Shown here: positions 52,253 to 64,000 of the stretch, one piece after another
Layout of the letters: each line of letters opens with the position of its first letter
Numbering within the stretch: position 1 is the stretch's first letter
From: the human T2T-CHM13v2.0 reference genome, Homo sapiens
DNA: 64,000 nucleotides
NCBI RefSeq assembly: GCF_009914755.1
Contig: NC_060933.1
Strand: one strand, 5' to 3'
The notes under the pieces: model-generated
Database searches by the model: none
Seen by the model: the letters and a program-made list of their open reading frames with translations, nothing else
What the model was told of the DNA's origin: nothing
Position numbers and translations under genes: made by a program

Positions 52253-53363
52253 TAGAATTCAGCAGTAAAGCCATCAGGTCCTGGGCTTTTCTCTAATACG
52301 AGACTTTTTATCACATCTTCAATGTTGTTTCTTATTCTCGGTTTGTTGAGGTTTTCTATTTCTTCATGGTTCAATCTTAGTAGATTGTATGTGTCCAGGA
52401 AATTATCCATTTCTTCTAGGTTTTCCAATTTGTTGGCATATAGTTGTTTATAGTAGCCTCTAATGATTCTTTGTAATTCTGTGGTCTCAGTTGTTATGAG
52501 TTCTTTTTTGTTTCTGATTTTATTTATTTAGACTTCTTTCTCTCTTTTTTAGTCTAGCTAAAATTTTGTTGATTTTGTTTATCTTTTCAAAAAATCAACT
52601 TTTCATTTCATTGATATCCTGTATTTTTTTAACTTAGATGTTTCTTTGCGAATTATCTGTCTGGATAATTGGCCCATTACTAAGAGTAGGGTGTTAAAAT
52701 CCTCTACCATTATTGTATTGCAATCCTTCTCTTCCTTTAGATCTACTAATGTTTGCTTTATATACTTGGAAGCTACAGTTAATGGGGTGCATATATAATT
52801 ATAATTGTTATATTATCTTACTTAATTGACCCCTTTATCATCATATGGTGACCTTCTTAGTCCCTTTTTACAGTCTCTGATTTGTACTCTATTCAACCTA
52901 ATATAACTGTAGATACTCCTCCTCTTTTTTGGTTAGCATGTGTAGCATTTTTGGTTAGTATAAAATATCTTTTCCCACTCCTTCACTTTCAGTCTATGTG
53001 TGTTTTCATATATGAGGTGAGTTTCTTGTAGGTAGCATATAGTTAGGTATTATTTCTTTATCCATTCAGCCACACTATGCCTTTTAATTGGAGAATTGAG
53101 TCTGTTGACATTCAATGTTATTATTGATTAAATGTGGACTTATTGTTGCCATTTTGTTGCTTGTTTTCTGGTTGTTTTGTAACTCCGCATCCTTTCTTCC
53201 TTTCCTACAGTCTTCCTTCGTGGTTAAGTGATATTCTTTGGCATTATGTTTTAATTCTTTTTTTATTTTTAGTGAATCTATTATAGGTTTTTGCGTTATG
53301 GTTACCATGAAGCTTACAAAAAATCATAGATATATAACAAATTATTTTGAAGAGATGACAACT

Positions 53364-53670
53364 GCTGTGCACAGTGGTTCATGCCTGTAATCTCAATACT
53401 TTGGAAGTCTGAGGTGGGAGGATTGTTTAAGTCCAGAAGTTTGAGACCAGTCTGGGCAACACAGTGAGACCCTGTCTCTACAAAAAATGTTTTTTAAAAA
53501 ATTAGCCAGGCATGGTGATGTGTGCCTGTAATCCAGCTACTTGGGAGGTTGAAGTAGGAGGATCACTTGAGCCCTGGAATTTAAAGCTGCAGTGAGTCAT
53601 GATCATACCACTGCACTGCAGCCTGGGGGCCAGAATAAGACCCTGTCGAGAGAGAGAGAGAGAGAGAGAG
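53364..53670 (+). mobile_element. AluJ with a (GA)n tail
   Basis: GGGAGGATTGTTTAAG..GCAGTGAGTCATGATCATACCACTGCAC, then (GA)n. Confidence 0.93.
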
Positions 53671-54312
53671 AACACAGAGAAGAATAGAAACAAATAAAAC
53701 ATTTTTTAAAACTCTACAAATTAACTCCATTCTCTCAACGTTTTGACTTTATGTTGTCTCAATTTACATATGACGCCTATCTCTTAACAGGTTTCTATAG
53801 CTATTGTTGTTTTTGATAGATTTGTCTTTTGGGCTTTATACTAGAGTTAAGAGTGGATTGCACACCACAATTAGAGTATTAGAGTATTCTGGGTTTGTCT
53901 GTATACTTAGTTTTACAAGTGAGTTTTATACATCGAAATGTTTTCATTCTGTTCGTTAGTGTTTTTCTTCTTTCAAATTGAAGAACTCTCATTAGCATTT
54001 CTTGGAAGATGGATCTGATGGTGGTGAATTCTGTTTTTGTTTGTCTGAGGACGACTTTATCTTTCCTTCATACTTGAAGGACAGCTTTGCTAGATATAGT
54101 GTTATTAGCTGACAGTTATTTTTTTTCTTTCAGCACTTTGAAAATGTTATACCACTCCCTCCTGGCCTATATGGTTCCTATTGAGAAATCTGTTGCCAGA
54201 CAAATTGGGTTTTCTTTGTATGTTATTTGCTTATTTTCTCTTGTTACTTTTTGGATCCTCTCTTTGTCCTTGACCTTTGAGGGTTTGATTATGCATTGGA
54301 GTAGTTTTATTT

Positions 54313-54589
54313 GGGTCTTGCTCTGTCACCCAGGTTGCAGTGCAGTGGCATGATCATGGCTCACTCTATCCTTGACTTTGCAGGCTTAAGCAATCCTTCT
54401 ACCTTAGCCTTCTGAGCAGCTGGAATCACAGGTATGTGTCACCACATTCAGCTAATTTTTAAAAATTTTTTGTAGAGACAAGTCTCACCATGTTGCCCAG
54501 GCTGGTCTCAAATTCCTGGGTTCAAGTGATCTTCCCACTTTGGTCTCCCAAAGTGCTGAGATTATAGGGGTGAGCCACTGTACCTGGCC
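54313..54589 (-). mobile_element. AluJ lacking its poly-A tail
   Basis: GGGTCTTGCTCTGTCACCCAGG..ATGATCATGGCTCAC..GAGCCACTGTACCTGGCC, with no poly-T on its left. Confidence 0.92.
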
Positions 54590-56346
54590 TATTTTGAATT
54601 TTTGATCAGAGAGTTCACATATTGCCATCTCATTAGGGTCAGTTTCTGATTTCTTGCTTTGTAAATCTAGAGAAATCATGGGTCCCTGTTTGCTGTTGTT
54701 TCTTGTTGATGTATGCCTATATCTTTGCATTGAAGGCTTAGTTATTTGTCCCAGTCTAATCAGCCTCGTTTTGTTGTTTATTGGATATGTTTCCTCAGAG
54801 ATTCTTTGTAGTTTACCCATTGATTTTCTTTCTTTTTTTTTCTGCTAGGTTTCTGCCTCCTTCTTTGTACTAGATGGTGCCTTAAGCCCAGGTTTGCCTC
54901 AGTTCTAATAGACAATTAGTGTCACTGGTCTTAAATAGGGGAGGTCTCAAAGGGGATGACTCAGTAGTGTGGCACTGCTGGCTATAGGCTCATGCCCAGG
55001 GGACCTGTGGGATGAACCTCCTACAGCATGGTGCTGGTGAACAGCCACTGTGATTTGGTGTCTCCTTTGATCAAGTTACAGGGTTAAGTTTCCAAGGCTG
55101 GGGCTAGTAGTCTAGCCTCCCTCTTTTGTCTCTGGCTATCCTCAGTGATCTTTCTTCTTTCAGGCACTCCTGATACTTCCCATGGTTGAAACAGAAATGG
55201 GTCTCCTGCCAGTGAACCCAAGAGGATGAGGAAGTTGGTTTACCACCTTGATCTTATTTTTTCCAGTATTTTTCCAACTGTGAGTTGGGGAAAATTTTCT
55301 ATGGCTAGGTGCTGGATGGATTGTGGGGAGGGACATTGTGGATATGAAAATCCAATTTTCTTACTATCTGCTCAGAGTTTGTTCACTTCTCTGTGGCCCA
55401 GGGAACCACATATATTCTCCTGATATTTGAGTTCTGGGATATTGCTGGTGATAATGTCCATGCTGTCTATTTGTTTTTAGTTTTCTGTGGGAGGAGGTGA
55501 AGCCAGCTTACTTCTACACCATGATTTTGGAACCAGAAGTACTCCAAATCTCTATATTTTCTGAGTCATTTCTTTGGTTGTTGGTCTAGGGCTTCCATAG
55601 AGTCTCAATTTATCAGAATCTACTTAGAGTTCTTCTAATTTAATTTCAGTGAACTATAGAAATGTTACTTCTAGAAAACTCTATGTCCTCTTTTCCTTTT
55701 TGTGCTACTATTGTTATACATATTACATCAGAATATGTCAAAAACCTACCAATACACTGTTATAATTGCTACTTTATATATGGACACTTCTGTATAGAGA
55801 GCAAGTAAATATTTTTTAGCTTATTATATTTGCCTTCTTATTTATCATTTCTTGTTCTCTTTATTGGTTCCTGTGGTTTTGAGTTACCATCTGGGATTAT
55901 TTCCTTACTCCAGTACCTACCCACTCCTTTGTGCTGTTATTGTCAAACATGTCACATGTATAGGCCTAACAATACCTATATGTTAGTGTCATACATGTGT
56001 ATACATGTATATACATATGTATACATATATACATTCTGTTTCATACAATTGCTTTTAAAATCAGGTAAGAGAAGAAAGAAGAAAATATGCATTTGTTTAT
56101 TTATTAATAATTGCATAACTACCTTTAACAGGGCTCTTTTTTTAATGTGGGTTCAAATTTTCATCTGGGTTTACTTGCTTTGAGCCTGACTGATTTCCTT
56201 TAATATTTCTTATAAGGTGAACCTGACAGCAGTAAATTATCTCAAGTTTTGTTTATCTGGGAATGGTTGTATTTTACCTTCATTTTTGAAAGATACATTT
56301 ACTGAATATAAGACTCATGGTTAATATTTTTCTTTGAGCACTTTAA

Positions 56347-56874
<528 letters not shown>

Positions 56875-58565
56875 TCAGCCATTATTTCATCTAATATTAT
56901 TTCTGTTCATTTCTTCTCTCCTCCCAGTATTTCTGTTACACGTGTGTTTGTGTGTCTAAAGGTGTCCCACATTACTCTGAGGCTCTGCTCATTTTTTTCA
57001 GTCTATTTTTACTCTGTTCTTCAGATTGCATGGTTTCTATTGATCTATTTTTAAGTTCACTGTGTATTTCTTTTGCTAGTTAAAATCTACTGTTGAGCCC
57101 CTCTAATGAATTTTTCATTTTATTTATTACACTTTTAAACCACAGAACTTTTGTTTTTTTATAGTTCCTATCTCTATTAATATTCTCCATTTGATGAAAC
57201 ATGATCTTCCTATCTTTTATAATTTCTTTAAGCATGGCTTCCTTTAGTTTTCCAAACATATTCATAACGCATACTTTGAAGACTTTGTCTATTAAGTATA
57301 ACATCTGGAGTTTCTCACAGGCAGTTTCTGTTGCCTACATTTTTCCTGTGTATGGGTCCATGTTCCTGTTTTTTTGCATGTCTTATAATATTTTGTTGGA
57401 AATGAGGACATTTCTGGTAATATAGCAACTTTGGAGACTGATTGCCCTTCTCCCTCTCTGAAGCTTAATTTTGTTTGCTTATGTGTTTTATGACTTGGCT
57501 AGACTATCTTAGTGAAGTCCATTTCACACAGAATGAAGTCTTTGGTGTTGCTCGTCAAAAGGCACAGCCTGGGGCATGCACACAGTTACCTTGGGATGAG
57601 GGTGGTTTTAGCACACTCTCTTTGTCTCTTTTCTGATCTCTCTGTTAAGCTGTCTGTTTCATTTGGTATTACTCTCCATCCTTTAGACTCCACAAATTAC
57701 CAACTGATTGCTTTATGTCTTTTTTGACAATGCCCTGAAACATTAATTTCTGAGCAGCCCAATCCAATCAAATTTGGAGAGGGCTAGATTGTGAGCTCAG
57801 TCTTTAAGGTTTATTCTGTACCCAGTGGAAGTCTTCTTAGCTATCTCTTTCCCAGATTCTCCCTGGTGACCTAGATGGCCTATGGTTTAGCTTGTTCCTC
57901 CTAATTAAGAGCAACTATTGATTTTGAGAGCATCCTTAGGCTTAAACTTCTCCAGTCTCTTTCAAATAATGTCAGGTCCTTTGTGGAGAGCTTTTTCTAT
58001 GTGCCGCCTCTCCCCTGGCACAGTCTCTGAGCCCTGAATGGGCCATGGCCTCTGTCTTCATTGCTTGCCTGTTTTGGTGTAAACACTCTGCCTTCAGCTG
58101 AGGCAACGGTGGTTAGGGTGCCAGTATCCTTGGCCTGATGTGCTAGAGTAGAGCTTCTGTCCTATCGGTAGAGGAAGGAAGCTCCGTATCTCTCAGTCAC
58201 ATTCACCAGGAACTCTTAAACTTGGAATTGAAAGGAATTAGAAATGCTAGTGGTCTGCCCTTCTCAGTAAGGCATGGAATGACTTGGTTGGGAGGAAGAG
58301 GGAGAGGGAGCACCATATTTTGATCACACTCACTCAGAGTGGAGCTTCTGTGAAGCTGAATAGAGAGGAAGCTGGGGTGGGGGGACACGGGGAGGGAATG
58401 GGCCATGGCTCAATGCCACAGATTCTTGCTATTCTTACTGAGTTTTAATATGTTTTCTTGAATAAATATTTCTTTATTTGCTGTATGCTGCAGGACAATT
58501 TCCAGAGACTTTTAATGACTTATTAAAGAAATGTTTTTTTAAAAAATAGCTGTTGACAGTCTTCC

Positions 58566-58731
58566 TTTTTTTTTGTGATGGGGTTTTGCAATGTTGCCAG
58601 GCTGGAGTAAAGTGGCTATTCACAGGTGCAATCATAGTGCACTACAGGCCTGAATTCCTGGGCTCAAATGATCCTCCTGCCTCAGCCTCCCAAGTAGCTG
58701 GGAATTCAGGCATGTGCCACAATACCTGGTC
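58566..58731 (-). mobile_element. FAM (fossil Alu monomer)
   Basis: Diagnostic GTGGCTATTCACAGGTGCAATCATAGTGCACTACAG. Confidence 0.9.
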
Positions 58732-58931
58732 TAGTTTTGCTTTTTTCACTGGAAGTGAGTCTGCAAAGATTCATATTCTAACATCCCTCTATAGCTTCTC
58801 AGTAAACTGACAAATTGTTTTTGTAAGTGTTTGTACCCTGTTACATTCCCACCGGTTCTAGTTTCTCCTCATTCTTACCAACAATTCATATCGTCAGCCT
58901 CTTTCATTTTAGCCATTCTAATAGATATGTA

Positions 58932-59493
58932 ATCTGACAAGGAATTAATAACCAGAATTAAACAACTCAAACAACTCAAGAGGAAAACATAGAATAATCT
59001 GATTAAAAATGGGCAAAAGATCTGAAGAGACATTTCTCAAAAGAAGACACAAATGGAAAACAGGTATATGAAAAGGTGCTCAACATTGTTGATCATCAGA
59101 GAAATGCAAATCAAATGCAATGAGGTATCATCTCACCCCAGTTAAAATGGCTTTTATCCAAAAAAATGTACAATAGCAAATGCTGGTAAGAATGTGGAGA
59201 AAAGGGAACCCCCATATGCTGTTGGTGGGAATGTAAATTAATACAACCACTATGGAGAACAGTTTGAAGATTCCTCAAAAAACTAAAAAAAGAGCTACCA
59301 TATGATCCAGCAATCCCACTGCTAAGTATAGACCCAAAAGAAAGGAAATCAGTATATCAAAGAGATATCTGTACTCCCATGTTTATTGTAGCAATGTTCG
59401 CAATAGCCAAGATTTGAAAGCAAGCTATGTGTCCATCAACAGATGAATGGATAAAGAAAATGTGGTACATATACCCAATGGAGTCTATTCAGC
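58932..59493 (+). mobile_element. Internal L1 fragment (L1PB/L1MA type) with no 3' end or tail
   Basis: ATCTGACAAGGAATTAATAACCAGAAT..GAGCTACCATATGATCCAGCAATCCCACTG..GGAGTCTATTCAGC. Confidence 0.9.
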
Positions 59494-59510
59494 TGATAGA
59501 TGTATAGTAG

Positions 59511-59851
<341 letters not shown>

Positions 59852-62074
59852 TTCATTGTGTTTTTGATTTGCATCTCCTGATGAGTTCAATGTTGGGCAC
59901 CTTTTCATGTGCCTATTTGCTATCCACATATATTCACTGGTGAACTGCCTGTTCAAAGCTCTTGCCTATTTTTAAATTAGAATTTTTCTTATTTATTTAG
60001 TTTTGAGAGATTCTTTGCAAAGTTTTTTTTCCCAATCTGTAGCTTGTCTTTTCATTCTATTAACAGTGCCTATTGCGAAGCAAAAGTTTTTAATTTTGAT
60101 GAAGCTGAAGTTATCAATGTGTTATTTTATGTATGGTGCTCTTGCTGTTGTAGCTAGTAAATCTTTGCCTAGCCCAAGGTCAAAAAGTTTTCTGCCATGT
60201 TTTCTTCTAGACATTTTATAGTTTGGAGGTTTACATTTCAGTATGTTTTATATGGGGACTAAATTTGGGGTATAAATTTTGGGTTGAATTTCGGTATTTT
60301 GCCTACTTGATCCAATTTTTCCAGCACCATTTGTTGAAAGATTCTCCTTTCTCCACTGAATTGCCCTTATCTGTAGTCAAAATTCAGCTAAATATATTTG
60401 TGATAATTTGTTTCTGGACATTTTCTGTTCCACTGATGTATTTTCTATCTTGCCAGTGACAGAGTTTTTGATTACTGTGACTTTATGATAAGTTTTGCAA
60501 TCAGATAGTGTTTGTCCCCCAATTTTGTTTTTCTTTTTCAGAAAAAAGTTTGATTTGGTGTCTTTCTTATATTTTCCATGTCTTAACCTTTTGAACGTAC
60601 AGAATACAATTACAATAACTGTTTTAATATTCTTCTTTGCTAATTCTAGCATTTGTGTCACTTCTAGGTCAGTTTTGATTGATCAACTTTTCTCCTCATT
60701 ATGGGTTGTGTATTCCTGTTTCTTTTCATGCCTGGTAATTTTTTATTGGATGGTAGTCATTGTGAATTTTACCTTGTTGGGTGCTGAGTGATTTTTTATT
60801 CCTGCAAAGATTAAGCTTTTTTCTGAAACACAGTAAAGTTACTTGGAAACAGTGTGATGATTTAAGAAAGCTTTTAAGCTTTCTTAGGTGGAGACAGGGC
60901 AGTGTTCAGTCTAGAGCGAATTATTCCCTACTAATGAGGCAAGACTTTTCTGCATAGTCTACGTAATGCCCTGTTAATCATGACGTTTTCCAATCTGTCT
61001 GGTGGGTACAGGCACTATTCTTGGTCCTGTGTGAGTACTGGGTATTGTTACTGCTAATCCTTTCAGGTGATTCTTTTTCCATCCTTGAGTAGTTTCTTCA
61101 CATGCATGTGCTGATCCAGACTCTGTTGAATACTTCGGAAAGACTCTCCACAGTTCTTTGGAGTTCTCTATCTGTGCACCTCTCTACTCTCTAGTACTGT
61201 GTCTTACAAACTCTAGCCACCTAGTCTCTCCAGACTCTTAGCTCTGTCTCTCAAGTCAGTGAGACCTTGAGACTCCATGCAGTTCCCTCTCTCTATACCA
61301 TGGCCTGGAAACTCTCAAAGGCACTGATCTGGAGTAATTGTAGAGTTTGTCTCCTTTATTTCCTGGCTTTTATAGATCACTGTCCTTCAATGCCTGATGT
61401 CCAGTGTCTTGAAAAACCATTGTTTCATACATCCTGTTTATTCTTTAGGTTGTTTCAGGGAGAAAGGTAGATCCGTACTATCATTCCATCTTGCCCAGAA
61501 GATGAAGGCTTTTTATAATTTAATTTCATAAGTTTATTTGTATAAAGAATGATTGCCTTGGGGAGGTATGTGGGTGTGGACTGGAAGGCTAGAGTTTGAG
61601 GGAGCAGGACCAGACCTAGAGACAAGTGTGGAGGCTTTCATGGTCACTGCTCCAGCCCTGTGGCCCAGGGTGGTTGGAGACCTGGCAGGAAGGGCTCTGC
61701 ATAGGGCTCTGGCTGCCTCCTCTCTGGGGTAGGGCACCTGTGACTCCTCTCAGACCCCTTTGGTGTCCAGACAAGGCTCTGTCCTAGGCATATCCTGTCC
61801 CATGTGTCTGTGCCCACTTCCTACCTGCTCACCTGCAGGTGGGCAGGAGCACCTGAGGTCTGGTACATGATATGGCCATAGTTGGGTATTACCAGTACAC
61901 CTCAGCAGTCACCGGAGGCTGCCAGCATGATCTTGGTGGCTGTCAGTGACTCATAATGCCTATTCATACTAGCAGTTCTGGATGCAGGGCCCTTGGCTGT
62001 AACCTTGAGATGGCCCAGGGGAGCCCTTGCTTCCCAGATTGCCTGGGACTGTGTTCTGGCTTCCCAAGGAAAAA

Positions 62075-63110
62075 GTCAGTGCATTCTTTGACCTCAGACA
62101 TCCATTCTAGGAGTTTGTCCCCAGCTAGCTAGACTTGTCAACAATCACAAGAAAACCTACAATGAGTTTCACTATGGTGGCATGAGAACAAAAGATTGAA
62201 AACGATCTGTGTCCTCCAATAGCAGCAGTAAATAATTTATGCTCCTTTTACCCAATGGAACACCATGCTGCTGATGAAGAGGCAGAGGCAGATCCAAACA
62301 TCCTGATAGGGACCAGTGACCAGGATGTATTGTGAGGTGGAAAAGACTAGGTGCAGACAGAGTTCAACACATGCTGCATTGCATCAAGCCATGCAAATCC
62401 CTATTTTTCACTTTCATGTAAATGGAGTCATACATTATGGAATCCGCTGTATCTGGCTTCTTTTCCTCAACACGATTTTTCTGAGATTCATCCCTGTTGC
62501 TGCATGTGTCAGCAGTTGGCTCCTCTTTGTTGCTGGGTGCACTGTGTGGGTGCACTCCACTTTATCTAGTCTCCTGCTGATGGGAAACTAAGTCGTTTCC
62601 AACATGGGAGAATTCTTAACAAAGTTTCTATGAACATTTTATACAAGTCTTTGGATGGATAGGTGATTTCATTTCTTCTAGGCCAATGCTTGGGAGCCGA
62701 TTGCTGAATCATGTGGTAAATATACTTTTAACTTTATGAGAAACTGCCAAACCTTTCCCAGCATGATTTTACTGTTTTACATTCCTATCAGCAATATATG
62801 AGGTATGCAGTTGCTCTACACCCTTGCCTACACTTTGTATTGTCTGTTTAGTTTTAGCTATTCTGGTGGGTGTGTAGTAGTGGTATCTCATGTTGTTTTT
62901 AAAGTGAGGAGCACTTTCACATTTTTGCTGACCATCAGTATATTTTCTTTTTTTAAGCCTTTTACCCATTTTTATTGGGTTATTTTTATTGAGTTGTAAT
63001 GGTTCATTATATTGGATATATTCACAGTTGAGATAGAGAAAGAGATCAATTTTATAGATCTTTTCAAATAACCAACTTTCCATTTCATTGATTTGCTCTA
63101 TTTTTGTTCA
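62075..63110. mobile_element. L1ME-type fragments (+ at ~62075-62360, - at ~62390-63110)
   Basis: TTTGACCTCAGACATCCATTCTAGGAG; CATGTAAATGGAGTCATACA..TTTCTGAGATTCATCC. Confidence 0.65.
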
Positions 63111-63111
63111 C

Positions 63112-63479
63112 TTTTTATTTTATTATTTTAGATTCAGGGGGTACATGTGCATGTTTATTACATGGGTATATTACATACTGGTGGGGATTGGGCTTCTACT
63201 GCACCCATTATCCAAACAGTGAACCTTGAACGTGATAGGTAATTTTTCAACCCTTGTTCCCCCTCTCATCCTCTCCACTTTTGGAACCCTCAGTGTCTAT
63301 TATTTCCATCTTTATGTCCATGTGTACCCATTGTTTAGCTCCCAGTTCAAAGTGATACCATGTGGTATTTGATTTTCTGTTTTTGAGTTAGTTCACTTAG
63401 GATAATGGCCTCCAGCTCCATCCATGTTGCTACAAAAGGCATGAGTCCATTCTTCTTTATGGCTGCATAGTATTCTGTG

Positions 63480-63519
<40 letters not shown>

Positions 63520-64000
63520 CACTTTCTTTATCCAGTCAATCATTAGTGAACACTTAAAAGTTGGTTCTATGACTTTGCTATTGTGAATAGCGCTGCAGTC
63601 AATGAACATATAAGTGCAAGTGTCTTTTTTTAACATAATGATTTGCTTTGGGTAGTTACCCAGTAGTGGGATTGCTGGCTCAAATGGCAGTTCTATTTTT
63701 AGTTCTTTGAGAAATCTCCATACTGTTTTCCATACAGGCTGAACTAATTTACATTTCTACCAGTGGTGTATAAACTTTCCTTTTTCTGTGCATTTACACC
63801 AGCATCTGTTTGTGGTTTTTTTTTTTTTTTTTTTTTGACTTTTTAATTAATAGCCATTCTGACTGGTGTAAGATGATATTTCGTTGCGATTTTAATTTGC
63901 ATTTCTCTGGTAATTAGTGATGAGTATTTTTTCATGTGTTAGTTGGCCACTTGTATTTCTTCTTTTGAGAAATGTCTATTCATGTCCTTTGCCTAGTTTT
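63112..64000 (-). mobile_element. L1PA16/17-L1PB-type 3' end, running off the window; (TG)n at 63481-63517
   Basis: TTTAGATTCAGGGGGTACATGTGC..GGTGGGGATTGGGCTTCTA..GGATAATGGCCTCCAGCTCCATCCATG. Confidence 0.92.

Overview
This is primate (human-type) non-coding genomic DNA. The evidence is Alu S/Y/J, FLAM/FAM, L1PA/L1M, MaLR, MIR, L2 and DNA-transposon fossils. I find no supportable protein-coding gene, RNA gene or CRISPR array; the recognisable ORF-track peptides are decayed L1 ORF1/ORF2, Alu frames or simple repeats. The window has three blocks: (1) 1-16.7 kb, nested old L1 with LTR, MULE and Alu insertions; (2) 16.7-41.3 kb, a GC-rich and largely unique block with CpG-rich patches and several AT-rich, homeodomain-motif-dense islands that look like developmental enhancers; (3) 41.3-64 kb, a stack of nested, mostly minus-strand L1s. 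I cannot name the locus and cannot support a new gene system. The best leads are mechanistic fossils: two L1-into-L1 insertions whose junctions fall in homologous register with the host L1 (13.1-16.7 kb and 49.2-52.5 kb, the latter also with a 5' inversion and an apparent 3' transduction), a perfect 40-bp templated insertion copied from 3.7 kb away, and an ancient degenerate 40-bp tandem array apparently amplified from the MIR core. Subfamily names come from recalled consensus sequences, and boundaries of old repeats are approximate.
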